A stretch of DNA of 64,000 nucleotides from Moniliella sp. 'wahieum' (Eukaryota): positions 1 to 64,000 of the forward strand of contig RSEE01000121.1 in NCBI GenBank assembly GCA_003971905.1, given 5' to 3'. Made by a program: the position numbers and the translations under genes. Below, one piece after another: positions 25,078 to 38,175 of the stretch. The notes beneath the pieces are model-generated. The model saw nothing but the letters and a program-made list of their open reading frames with translations, searched no databases and was not told where the DNA came from. Within the stretch, counting starts at the first letter, position 1; each line of letters opens with the position of its first letter.

Positions 25078-27166
25078 ATGGCCGCCCTGCCCGCCATGCG
25101 CTTCCACACGCCCACCACGCCAAAGCCCACCCACGACGACAGCGCCCCCACTGCCCCCACCGCCTCCACCTGGTCCGCTTGGTCTGCCCTCGCCCAGTGC
25201 GACGCTCACTTCCCCCTCGACGCGTGGACCACGCTGATGCACACCCTCGTCCACCACCCCGAACGCAACTCCTCCTACATCCTCCGCGCCGACATCCTCG
25301 CTCGCCACACCCCGCCCGCGCCCTTCCGCCCCTCCCGCTTGGCCCATGTCCTGACCGCCCACGACCTCGCGTCCCCTTCCCATTCCGACTCGGACACGGA
25401 CTTGGACTCGGCCTCCGACTCGCTCTCCCACTCCGACTCCCATTCGGTCGCGCAGGAGCACGAGGGCGTCGATCCCCCCTCGGGGCCGCCCATGCTGGAA
25501 GAATACACGTTGCGCGAGACGGTGTACCGGCGGCTCTTGCCGCGCAACCCAGCGTTGGACCGGCCGATGGACCAGCTCTGCTCCTTTTACCACCGCTCCA
25601 CGCCCGCCGGGCAAGAAGGTCTGGTGGTCTACCTCCCGCTCTTGTCGCCCTCGCCGAGGGAAGAAGAGGTGCCATGGTACCACCCCAAAGTACGCGCACT
25701 CGCTTTCCGCTTCCTCCCGCACCCACCGGGCACAGCCCCCGCGTTGGCAGATGGAACACTGTCGACCGGCACGCTCCGACTCGACGCGCTCCTCTTCCCC
25801 CTTCCGCCTCGTGCACCTCGCCCCGGCCACAGGACGAGGTCAGTGGTGGTGCCCTGGCCGCCGAGCCTTCGTCCCGCCTCATGCGCACCGCCAAGGCGCT
25901 GCTCGACTTGCAGCACAAACACGCCCTGGGCATTGCGCGCGCCTATGTCAAACGCGTCCACCATGATGTGCTCGTGCCGCAAGCCGCGTTCCAAGACCGC
26001 TACGTCGCGCTCAAGCAGGCCCATGCGCCCCGCTTGCTCGCCTCGTGGAAAGAGGCGACCGACCCGAAAAAGCACGTGTACGAAGACTTGGCCATCGCCG
26101 CTTACCTCCTCGAGTTGTGGGCGCGCACCTACCCCGACCAGCATGGCCGACCGCGCGGTGGGTTTGTCGATCTAGGCTGTGGCAACGGCCTCTTGGTCCA
26201 TCTCCTCCGCTCGGAAGGCTTCGAAGGATTTGGGATCGACGTACGCGCTCGCCAGTCCTGGGCACAGTACGAAACCCGTTCCTCCCTCCCTCCCAACCAA
26301 AGGGACTTGCGTGTCCTTCCCCTCGACCCTCCTGCCCTCGTCGCCGACCCAGCCGCCTGGCGCACTGGCTCCGCCCCAACTGCTTCCTCATCGGCAACCA
26401 TGCCGACGAACTCACACCCTGGGTGCCCCTCTTGGCCGCTGCCGCACCAGGATCCCACGTCGGCTTCCTCAACATCCCTGCTGCCCCTGGGGCCCTGGAC
26501 GGAACCCGCTTTGCCCGCACACATCGACTTATGTTGGACCAGGTGCGTCAGCTCTTGTTCGCGGAGGCGCTGCCCGGACCCAGCTCAAGTCGACGCCACA
26601 CGCGCCGCCGTCCTGCTCGGTCCCCCGAGCGAAGAGCCAGCGACGCGCACAGGCCCACCCAAGGCCGCCGCAGCGGGCGAGCAAACATCAAAGTCGTACG
26701 CGAATGGGAATGGGAATGGGAATGGGGATGGGAATGGGAATGGGTTGGGGATGTACGTGCGCCCGCTCGCGCGCGCACGCGCAACGCGGCCTACCTCGCG
26801 TACGTCGCCTGGCTCCAACTCCAAGCGGGCTGGTGGGTGGAAAAGGAACCGCTGCGGATCCCTTCCACCAAGAACTGGGCCCTGGTCGGACGCGCCAAAA
26901 CGGCAACTCCCTTTGTCTACCAAACACGCACATCTACCGGCCATCCAGCGGGGGGGGCACCACCTACCACCACCACCACCACCACCACCAGCACCTTGGT
27001 CGCTGCCAACGCTCTAGCGCCCTCCCCGCAGCCCCCCACCCACCCTGATGTCCTCGCCCACCTCACCCACCTCGCTCGCTCCGCCCCCGCCTGGACTGCC
27101 CGCCAGCCCGAGGGAAATACCGCTCGCCTCGCCCCGCGCGATACGGACGAGGCAAGAGTAGAGTAG
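25078..27166 (+). CDS. TRM44: tRNA (uracil-O(2)-)-methyltransferase Trm44, frameshifted in the assembly
   Basis: HHPERNSSYILRADI, RRLLPRNPALD, VPWYHPKVR, VKRVHHD, DPKKHVYEDLAIAAYL, FVDLGCGNGLLVHLL..EGFEGFGIDVRARQSW, FLIGNHADELTPW and EPLRIPSTKN, spread across three frames. Confidence 0.88.
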
Positions 27167-30100
27167 GCACCCTACACCCTCTCCAACCAAGGTGCAATAG
27201 AATGAGAATGTACTGCACTCCAACCCACAGCAACTGGCAACTGGCACCAACAACTGGTAACCAACAACGTTGAACCAGGACCTTGGAACTTGCATTGGGG
27301 AACGCGCTGAGACTGAAACTGAAGGAAGCTATCTCTCGGCCTGATTGTCTGCCCTCCTAACCTGCTATAGATCATGGACTATCCTACTGGTAGAACACCA
27401 ATGCGGCGGGTAAGCAGGTTGGACAGGATAGTGTACTACTACTACCAGTACCCAATTCATCGGCTTCCTGATTGGATGCACGAGTACCTGCTGTACTAGT
27501 GGTGTCCCTTTGTGCTCGGGTAGGGCATGGGCTCAAAGAACGACGGACGAGTCATGTCACGGGCCAAGGCGGGATGGCAAGCCCGGCGGCGCATATGTGC
27601 GTCCTTCGCCATCCTAACCCCGTCCCAGGTTGGTCAGTGGTTCGGATCCGACCTGATCTAATCTCCAAGCTGAGGCCCGCCTGCTCTGTCTGATCAAAGA
27701 GCTAGCTGGCTCCCAAGTTTTAATCCAGTTCCATCGTGGCTGGCTCGACCGCCAGCGCGATTATCAAGTCTACGTTTCCGAGCGACGCTTGTCGCCCCGT
27801 GCTTGTTGATCTTACGTTTTTCTGCGTCTGATAGCAACCCCGAGCGACGCTATCGCCATTTCGCAGCAGCCATCACACTATATTGCTGCACACGCTGCGG
27901 GCGTCGTAGGTTCGGTAGCTTCGATGCCCTCTATCCTTTGTGGAGACCCAATAGGGCAAGTGGAAAATTGTCATCAGTGACCATAGCGAAACTTTATCCC
28001 TCGAGAATCAAGAGGACTTTTGTGAAATGAGATGCTGTGGCACATCATATAAATACAAAACCCTCTTACTGCATCTCCACGATGCTCCTCGCGGCACTGC
28101 CGGCAGCCCCACCGACGCGCGCATGAACTTCTCTTCCCTTCTGATGTCTCTCTCTCAAGCCTCTTCGATAGCGACCGTCATCGTTTGCCCTTTATACTTC
28201 TCCTAGTAATATACTTGCTTACCATCCTCTGAGTGCCTGGTCGGTCATACGCACCAGATCCTAGTGAAGAGTGTGGCTTGTCTAAAATCTAGAGCGCGCC
28301 ACAGGCTTATTTCACGGAGGCATACAAGGTGAGCCCGGGTACTAGATGTCCTCCGGCTTACCTGTTGGATCCTGTTGGAGAAGGAGAGAGACGCTTGGAT
28401 ATTCAGCGGTTGTGTAAAGCTCTCTTCCGCGAGCCGATATGGAAAAGGCGATGCCGTTCCTCACCTCTTGCTGAGGCTCCCGCCCTCAGGCCGTCCTGAA
28501 TTTTCTTGTTGCATGCCGTTCGCAGGATATCTACGATTCCGTAGGGTTAAGCTTGTCAAGCCTATCCGGCATAGACCTCGAGATCAAATCCAATGGCTTC
28601 CTTCGGTTCCACCTTGGATCCAAGTATGAGCGGGTTGCTGGGCTCAACCTCGGTCAGCAGTGAGGGAAGAAGTGGCATTTGCCACAAATGACCGTAGGTC
28701 AACAAAAAGTGAGCAATACATCTACTTCCGAATATTTATGGCGATGGGTAATGGGCTGCGCAATTTATGGCGATGGGTAATAGGCTGCGCAATGCACTCT
28801 TTGGGCACATCATTTGTTTTAAACTGCGCATCTGTTCTGCCACACTGCCCATCGAGCTCTACGCGGACAACACTGTGGCCATGACTTTTGCTGAAAGCCC
28901 AGGCTGATTGGGTAAAATCTGCCCGATTGATTATGTGTGGGACCACGTGGTGCGAGAACGCATCCATCGCGGTCGACTGGCCGTTCATCACGTCTCCAGC
29001 GTCCATCATGTCTCTTGATTGGTTCACCAAACCTGTTGGTCTTCCTAACTTCGTTTTACCTCTGAATAGTTCGATTTGGCTCCCGGTTCCTCCCGTCGCG
29101 TTGCTTTTTAACGTCTCTTGGCGAAAAATTTCCTGCGTCTTTTGGCCTAGGTGGGTTACGTTTAGCCTTAGAGTAGCTGGCCTGTCTTCGTCACTGTCCC
29201 TTCAGTCCCTCTAATAGGCCTAGGAGTTCAGTTGTTTTCTGTCTCCTTGCTACTACCGTAGTCTCCGGTGGCGGCTGCTAGCTACTTGTTCGTTCTCTGC
29301 CGGTGTTGCTGGTTGGATGGGACTACCGCCACCTTCAGTGTAAGACAGTATCTTCCTGCAACACCAGCCGAACTCCAGTTCAAATCAGAGTTACAATCGG
29401 ATATCATGTGTTGGCCGTTTGTGAGATTTCCATCACCGCCGATCAAAGTTAAATCAACGCCATATCTAATGCGGGGGGGGGGGCCTTTTTTTCTGACGTG
29501 GTATTTCCGACTCGATGATGAGTTGGTTTCACCTCTCCGTTTGCAATGCGAGTTCGCGATTCAACACCATTTCATCACTAGTTCACATTATCTGACCGAG
29601 GCTAGGTATCAAGACGAGGAACAAAAATTCCATTGGCTTTTATCTGTAGTCTCCACATCACCACGGAACACGCCGTCATAGCAAGCATAAAAAGACGGAC
29701 AAGGCTCTCCCTCATTCATCCTCCAAATGAATAGATGCTGCCCCAAGGTCTCTTTCATTCATTAAACTGAAAAAAAGAAGTATAGCAAAGGAAGGTATTT
29801 TTTCATCTCTACTTCCGTCTCTCTTTCGACATATAGATGAAGGAATATAGGCTGGTTCACGTCCCCGTTTTTGACTGTCGACTGTCAGAAGGCACAGACC
29901 ATTTTAAAACGATACTGCATGCATGCTCTCGTACTATGGCGTAATGTATTCCACTTCGTCGGCCAAAAACGTGTTACTGTTGACATCCGTCCTTGGACCG
30001 CGCGGACCCTGAGTCACGTGAGTCATTTTCCATTCCTTTAGAGCTCGCACCCGTCTTCTGGACGAGTCAGTCGCAGAAGCTTCCTAGTCCAATACGACGT

Positions 30101-33100
30101 TCAGTGCTCACATTCTGTGGTAGTAGCGAGGCCGACCGTTACTGCGGACCAACCGTTTTCACAATTATACGCATGAGAAAACGTTTGTAAAGTGCATTTA
30201 TACTTGTCACCTCTACCATTTCAAATGCCTTGGGGGCTGGGGGGGTAAGTTGGACGCTTCCGAGAGAACGGACATTGAGTTCACATCATGATTGTGACTT
30301 TGGGTAAGCTGGACATGTAATGTCTCTTTTTGCTTTTTGCAGTCGTTACTTGGGTTGAAGCCCATGTCGAAACACTATGAAGTTTGCAAAAGTACCTAGC
30401 CACAAGCGAAAACACTGTGCTACTAGACCTGGGGGTATGTACTCCGGGTGAACAGGATTTGGTTTTGCGGGCACATTCTTTATTCCGTTATCATGTGCCT
30501 ACACCACTATAGAATTCCATTTAGTCACTGATCCCATCTATCAGGGCCTCGAGAAACGAGATGACGCTGACTCGCATAACTGAGTCCGTGAATTAAGCAA
30601 TTTCATTGCAAACTATTGACGGTAGTTGGACACAGACATTAGGACTTGTTCATGTTCCTATGCTAAGGTCGACTTTTGCTCGACTTTTGTGTTTAACCGC
30701 ATTGTGGTCATCAAATTCTGCCTCCGATCCCTCGTAACTGTCGTGATCAGTTCGGTTTGATGAGCAATATCAGTCCTACCCGCAACATGACAGCTTCGCA
30801 CCCTGAGTATGGATGGTATCGCCGTGAAATTCTGAGAATTTATGTCAAACCAGCGCAGGCTTAAGCAAGCAGTATCATTAATAGGATCTTGGGGTGCTGT
30901 GTGTGCTTTCAAGACCTCGTATCTGCAGCGAGGGCATCATACGTACTTGACTCCGAGTGAAACCAAGGCTTTGTAAGTGTCTGTGCGTTGGCGACTGTTG
31001 TATGAATATTCTCCAATCTCGTTCTCCGTTTTTATCTCGTTGCTGCTCAGGGGATGTTGCATCTAGTAGGGCGGTTGTCTTCAAGAGAAAAGGCGAGTCA
31101 CGGGAGAGACCGTTGTTGTGTTGTTGCAATGCTGTGTGCTTGTGCCAACACATTCTGACGAGTTGCATGGCCGCTTCATTCATCAATTCAGTTCGACCAG
31201 ATCTTTCTTACTAGTACGAAACAAACATACACATGATCTGCCGACGACAGCCCCATCCCGACTATAGTAACGGCCAAGCATCTCGCCATGTCACGATGAC
31301 CCAGGAACAGATGCTGTAGGCTGGCTTGGAAGCAGGCCTCCCCCAGGCAGTGTACCAGCAAGTCTTGTAAACGTTTGAGTCAGAATAGGGTCGACCATCT
31401 TGGAAGATGCTGACTTGCTCGAAACGAGGTAGCCTCCATCCATGCGTCCACGGCCAACAGCCAACAGCAGGGCAGGGAAGGGTTAATTTTCCTTCCTGTG
31501 CACACTCGCTCAATCGTACCACATCCCACTTGCTTCAGCCTCTTCTCCAAGCCAGCAACAGCAGCATCGTTTGGCGAGGGGACGCAATCAATGGAATTCT
31601 TTCCCATAGCGCAGGGATTGTTGGGATTAGGATTGGAGCACAGCCAACACAGCAGTATATCTGTGCGCAACGGGACGCAATCCATGGCATGCTGTCTAAA
31701 GGTTGCGGGATTGAATCCAACAAGGCCTCATCCATCAGCGTGTGCTTGTATACACTGTGTCCAAGCTCGAACCCCGCTTGTAGTGCCCTCCCGAGAACTC
31801 ACGAGAACAGCCTGAGCAGCAGCAGAGCATGGACGCCTCGGCGTATCTTGTGCAGCCGGACCGAGCATAGATACGTTGCCCAACACCCGTAGCAGCATAT
31901 GGTGTAGAACGAAAAATCAACCAAGGGCGTTGCCAACCAGCCTGTGACTACGGCGATGACGGGTTCGTTAAGGGTGAGTGGGTAGAGTTTGGGTTCCGGG
32001 TTGTATTCATGTCAATGGGTTACTTACCGCCTCTGAAGATCCAGTCCACAGTCCCTATTAGTAGACTTAAGTATATACCTTCAGTGAAAGGGATGATCTC
32101 TCCACCCAGCCTAATTTCCTCGTATTTTATGCCAGGCGACTTTGTCACCCGGATCCCGGGGCTGCTTATTTTGGCAAAGAGGGTACGACACAAGGTACTT
32201 GGACACGACAGTGACGTGGCAGGATGTTGACCGGGAGGTCCGCGAGAGCCAATCATTAATCACCCCTGAGCCACATTGACCTCGTACCCTCGCACACATC
32301 AAACGTGCTGAATCCACATTCGATTGGATTCCATCGGGCCTCAGACTGGCCCAGTGGCCGAGTCAATTCTTCTTCTTCTCTTCCTCTCCCATGGGCCTGT
32401 AAGTAGCACCCCATCGTGTCTTTGAACCACCATCACTTTCAGCTCTGCTGTCCATCTGACTTGCTGGGAGACATAGGCCATTACCGGAGAATTGGCGTTT
32501 TGGGTAGTTCAGTGGGGGACGTTGGTGCACGCGGGCCGCGCACGGGTTTGTCGGCATGAGGCGGTTCAATACATACGCAAGAGGTTGGCTTAGGTGTGGA
32601 TCGGGTTGCTCAGGGTCAGGGTTAAGGCTTGCTCAGGGTCCCTCATGCCTCTCTCTCCGGCCACCATTGCGTTGGTCTCTCTCAGCCGTTCTCGGACTCG
32701 TCGGTTCTCTTTTGGGACACTTGTGTGCAGTGTGCCAAAAGGGTATGTCCGGACTCTGGGGCTCCCAGCCACTTCCTTCCAGCGGCTAGCTCCGCTAGTT
32801 CCGCTCGAGCGGAAGTGTGGCTGTCCGACGTGCCTCCTTGTAGAAGCCCCGGCAGACGTAGCTCTTAGTCTTCCTTCCCTTCCACTCCCTCCTCCTCCTC
32901 CCTCTCCGCTACTCTCTATCGCTCACCAGCAAGCAATTCCTATTGTCTATTGAATAATTGACCTCCAGTTCTTAATTGCCGTCTTCCTTGGCATCGGGAC
33001 TGATCCGGTCACATCACCTCCTTGGTAACCCTCGGCCATGGTCGGCCATGCTCGGCCTGTAGCTGTTGCCTCAGTACGTTCAGTATAGCTTCCAGGTGGG

Positions 33101-33531
33101 GTTTTTGTAGCAGTCATACATCCGTACTTGATGTCCCGCAGCTAGCAGCCACACAGACGTACTCGATGCCCCACAGCAACCCCGCCCCACACTCCGATTG
33201 AGAAATCACGTTTTGAGAGAATCAATTGGTGTATACATAGTGTCAGAGCGCTCCCGCCAAAAGTCCATCCCATCAGCCGGGAGCTGGATCCTTTCACAAC
33301 GATGGTGCTGCTTTCTCGGTTGGCTCCCCGTCTGTCTCGGCAATCGATGGAACGCGTGGCGTACTCCTAAAGTGTAGGTCTCGTTCGAGGCCAATCCGAC
33401 GAAAAGCTGCATCCGCAAAGTGCGGGGTCGGGATGGTATATACCTATACGTTGTATACAGAAGCATGCCATCTCCACCGCCCACCGACCCTCATTATCGC
33501 ATCCCAGAACGTCCATACGTCCTTTTCATCC

Positions 33532-35534
33532 ATGGCTTCAGAACCGCTCCAAAGAACCGCAAGATCCCTCAGTCCCGAAAAGAACTTTTCTCTCTGTCCC
33601 CGTACAACCCCCGCCTCGAGTACTATACTCATCGGCGATACGCCCTTTGGCCAGACTCTACGCGTGCTCAGCCGCGGTAAGCTGTTTCCACACCCCGAGG
33701 AGCAAGCTGATTGTGGGTCTATCTAACACGCATGGACGCGCTCAATGTGGTTTCCACATGCACCGCCGACACATCTTTTGCAGAGCCCGATGGTACTGAT
33801 CCATCCTTCTGGGTGGTCTGGGCCGCCCGCTGGGCCGCGAGTACCCCTGCCTCAACGACCTCTTTGCACTCTCCGACCCAACAGCCCAGTGCCGAATCCA
33901 CCGCCTCGGACGAAAAGCTGTGTACCACCAATGCCAAAACTTGGTTACTTGGTACGGCCCCAACGACCCGGCCAACCCGTACAACTGGAGTACGACCGAA
34001 AATCGGTTGTCACCTGCGTTATCTGCCTGTACACTTTCACCGTCTATCTGAGGTCCGCCATCTACACCCCATCGATTATAGGAGTGATGCAGGAGTATGG
34101 CGTGTCTGAAAGCGCCACCAATGTGGGTCTGGCCCTTTTGGTGCTTGGATGTAAGTACGCCTCCTCCCCATCATGACGAATTTCCATTTTGACCCCGTCT
34201 TCCCTTTTCATCCGGCATCCAGACGGTGCGCTATGCTCTTCTCGCCTCTCTCCGAAATCCCCTCGCTGGGCCGCAACTGGATTTACATCATCACGTTCGT
34301 CATGCACATCGCATTCACCATCGGCACCGCAGTTGCACCCAACTTTGGTGCCTTGATTACGTTCCGTTTCCTCGCCGGCTTTGTCGGATCGCCTGCCCTA
34401 GCTACGGGAGGCGCGACGCTGCAGGACACGTTCAACATCGTCAAGTTTCCTTGTACAATTTCTTTCTGGGTCGCTGGGGCAAGTATGGGACCGGCATTGG
34501 GACCGGTGATGGGTGGCTTTGCCGCATCCGCAAAGACGTGGCGCTGGCCCATGTGGATTCAGACGTGGATTTCTGGGCCAGTCCTGATCGTTATGATCTT
34601 CCTTTTGCCCGAGACTAGCCATGCCAATATCCTTCTCCGCCGCGCCCAAAGAATCCGAAACCTTACGCGGTATAAAAACCTGCGCTCTATGGGCGACATT
34701 GAGCAGCAGCAGCTGTCGTTGCAGGCGATTATCCTTGACACTCTTATCCGCCCGATCCAGATTTCTGTCCTCGACCCTGGTACCGGTTTCGTGAACGCTT
34801 ATGTTTCGCTAGTCTACGCGCTATCTACTACGTAAGTCCTACTGTGTTCATGAGAAAAAAAGATTGTGGAGAGCAAAACCATCCCCTGACCCCGGATCAT
34901 CTTCTGTTGTTCCCCCTCCTGCCGCGATGCTCCACAGAGTTTCTTTGAGAGCTTCCCGCTAATCTACCCCGGCGTGATGTACGGCTTCAACCTAGGCGAA
35001 ACGGGTCTCACCTACCTTTGCGTCGTTATCACGACGACATTGGGCGCTGCGGGCTACATATACTACATATATTACTACGTTGAGCCCAAGGTACACAAGA
35101 ATGGTATTCCTCCCCTCGAGGCGCGCCTGGACCCTGCGATTATTGCGAGCGTCCTGATGCCGATCGGCCTGTTTTTGTTTGCATGGACCTCGCGGCCGTC
35201 AGTGCATTGGATGGCTGGCCTGGTGGGCGTCCGCATCTACGCTCTAGGATTCTCTCTGTTCCTACAGTGCATGCTGCTGTACGTCCCGCTTTTATACCCA
35301 AAGTACTCAGCCTCTCTACTCGCCGCCAACGACTTTTGCCGATCCTCATTAGCGGCCGGTTTCGTGATGGCAGATCGCCCACTCTTCGTCAACCTAGGCA
35401 TCGGAGGAGGTGTTTCGTTACTCGCTGGCCTTACTTGCTTGTGCTCGCCGCTCTTGATGCTCCTCTACTACTATGGCCCTTACTTGAGGAGGAAGTCCAA
35501 GTTGGCCGGCATACATTCTTTGAATGATGAGTGA
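33532..35534 (+). CDS. MFS DHA1 drug:H+ antiporter (Flr1/Mdr1-like), possibly decaying
   Basis: DTPFGQTLRVLSRGKLFPHPEE, VTWYGPNDPANPYNWS, FSPLSEIPSLGRN, FRFLAGFVGSPALATGGA, GPALGPVMGGF, LPETS, FFESFPLIY and ANDFCRS. Probable introns near 34150-34220 and 34832-34937. The start is approximate. Confidence 0.85.
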
Positions 35535-36929
35535 AATCGAATGCGCAACGATTACAACGCCACTCGCATCCCAATTGTGAACGCCAGTTTGGGTTTCTGC
35601 AGGGGCAGCTCGGGAGCAAGGCAGAGCTGGGGAGCCAAGGATGGTGAGCCACTTTTGTGATTAACTTGAATTTACATTCCTTTTTGTCTCCTCAAGCTTC
35701 ATAGCGACCTACTAGTGTGGACGCCGACACGTGTCATGTGGCCAGCATACGCGGACCAGAAGAGTTCTTAGGTGGAAGGCGTTGAGGATCTGCTGAACCG
35801 ATAGAAGGCGCTTCTCACTTCACTTGTGACTACTCTGGCACCTCTGTTACTACAATTTCCCCTTCGCGTCTAACAATTCTATCCCACTGTCTAACTACCC
35901 ATGCACACTTTTACATCAGCTGACGCGTGCCACGTTCCAGGCCCCAGCTGACCGGGCCGTAGGCCCGGTGGTCTCCTCCGGTTATGCATTGCCATATGCT
36001 AGTGGTCGTCCAGGCCCAGATATCAGTATGCCTCTTCAAGCGCTTCAAGCTTCGCCTGTGCCGATCCCTCCGAGATCTGAGATTCGGGGATCTGATCCCG
36101 CTGCACGACTGCACGCATCTCAGAACCACATCAGACATGTGATACCACGCACCAGACATTAGATCAGGATCAGAGACCAGCTTCAGCGCGCAAGCAAGGA
36201 AGCAAGCAAGCAAGGAAGCAAGCAAGGAAGCCAGCAATGCGGAGTGTTGAGAAGAAGCGCTAGAGACTAGTGACCTATAGTGACCCTAGTGACCCTAGTG
36301 ACCTCACGCCGATACTATGCGATGGCTTTCCTCTCAGACTGAGATCTCAGATCTCTCAGCGCCAGCCCGCTGCGAGCAGTACGCCGGTCGACTGTTGGGG
36401 GGACTCGACTGGATAGATGTTGCACATCAGACTCACTTGAGAATATTATATTGAAGCTTGATGGCGGCTATTAAGCACTAAGTGCTAATATATAATACCC
36501 GCTACCCCCTGCCACCCCGGCGGCTGAGGACTGCTAGCTACTAGCTACCAGTGAAGCAAGTGACTAGCTAGTGATGGCGGTAGTCGGTAGGGGTAGTCGA
36601 GGTAGTCGGCATAGTCGAGCCGAAAGAACCATTCGGACGTTCGGCTCCAGGTTCGGATATTCGGCGTAATAGACTGACGTATCACATGTATCACATGTCA
36701 CGCGTCATCGATGAGCGGTGATCTGATCGACAATCGGGTCACCAGGGCACGCGTATACGACGTAGGGTTACCGGTTACCTCCTTCCCGCACTGGCACACC
36801 TCCACAAGGTTGACGCCAACGAGTGCGGAGGAGGCACGCAACCCCAACCCACCGGCCATTGCCTGAGCACCGCCGAGGATGGCCGAGGACGCGAGGACCG
36901 TCGAGCTGGTGATGGGGCGTGTGTAGCGT

Positions 36930-36987
36930 GAAAGTGGGAAAGTGGGAAAGTGGGAAAGTGTGGGAAAGTGGGAAAGTGGGAAAGTGT
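36930..36987 (+). repeat. (GGGAAAGT)n 8-bp tandem repeat with six GGG tracts
   Basis: Direct reading of the sequence. Confidence 0.9.
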
Positions 36988-38175
36988 GGTTGTGACGTAG
37001 AGATCTGACGCAGTGATGTGCGCCAGGTCGGAGCCTCGGGGCATTGTAATGCGCAGAGAGTTCCGTGCGCGCGACCTCCTCTTTCCTGTCGTCTCCTCTC
37101 TCTCCTTCTTCGTGACCACCACCCCCCCCTCTTCGCTCTCCACTCAAACCTTCCTTGCCGCCCTGTCTTCTGGTCTACGCGTAATGGTGAATCTCTCAGT
37201 CTACGATCTCAGACATGCTCCATACCCCGGGTTCGCCAGCGCCGTTAGTCACGAGTGTCAGTCACTAGTCCTAGTCGTGTGCATGAGCTTTTGGTGAACA
37301 TGTCGCTGATGCGTACACTGAGTACTGAGTATATGAGTACCCAGCTGAGTAGTGAGTGTACGAGTCGATGGGATCATGAGATTTGAAATTGATGAGCGGC
37401 ATCGTTCACGCATGACACATCATGCATCGCGATGCATGACGACCACAATTTGTCAACGTGACGCGTGACGCCGCGCAAACGAGGAGTACTACCGGCTGCT
37501 CCTTCGAGAACACTCAGGCCTCAGGCGCAGCGCAAGCGGCCTGTAACCGCGTTTGGCCATCTTGCATGCTCCAGGCGTCCATCGGTTGCATCCGTGCCCA
37601 ACACAACCACCTTCGTCAGGTTGGGGCGCACTCGATGCTGAATATTGAATGTGAATTCGCTCCTTTTCAACGGTTGCGACCCCAGAGGTCCCTTTGGCCT
37701 GAGGCCGGAGGGATTGGGACTGTGCGGGGGCTTGCCATCGAGTATGAAGATGACGCAGATGACAGACGAGGCGATATGCGCCTCCCCGCCGGGACGCAGT
37801 CGAAGGAGGCCGAGGTAGGCTGACCAGAGTTGTTTTAGTCGAAAGAGAGAGGGGAAGAAACCCCTGCAATTTAATATCCTGTGCTTCTGTCCTATGACGA
37901 TTTTATATGCTCCACACATTCCTTGCGTGTGCCGATCCCCACACGCCATCCCACACGCCTCGACAGGCCAGCACCGCCGGCCCTAGCACCTCTACCGGCT
38001 ACCCCACCACCTAACCATCCGTCTCTTCCGTGCTCTTCGGGTCCAGCAGCTGCCCGCCAGACCTGCTGAAGCTGAACGTTGAACACAGTATTGCTGGCCG
38101 CTAGGCTTTGACACTGACCCCAAGAGTCCCCACCAACCTACCCTACCTTGCATCAGAACCGCCTTGGCACTCGCA

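Noticed and set aside
24534..27017. 827-aa ORF as a single novel protein
   Set aside because: Only the central part is Trm44 in the correct frame; the rest is off-frame read-through in GC-rich DNA.
32611..32627. CAGGGTCAGGGTTAAGG as an interstitial telomere or template
   Set aside because: It is too short and degenerate, with no supporting structure.
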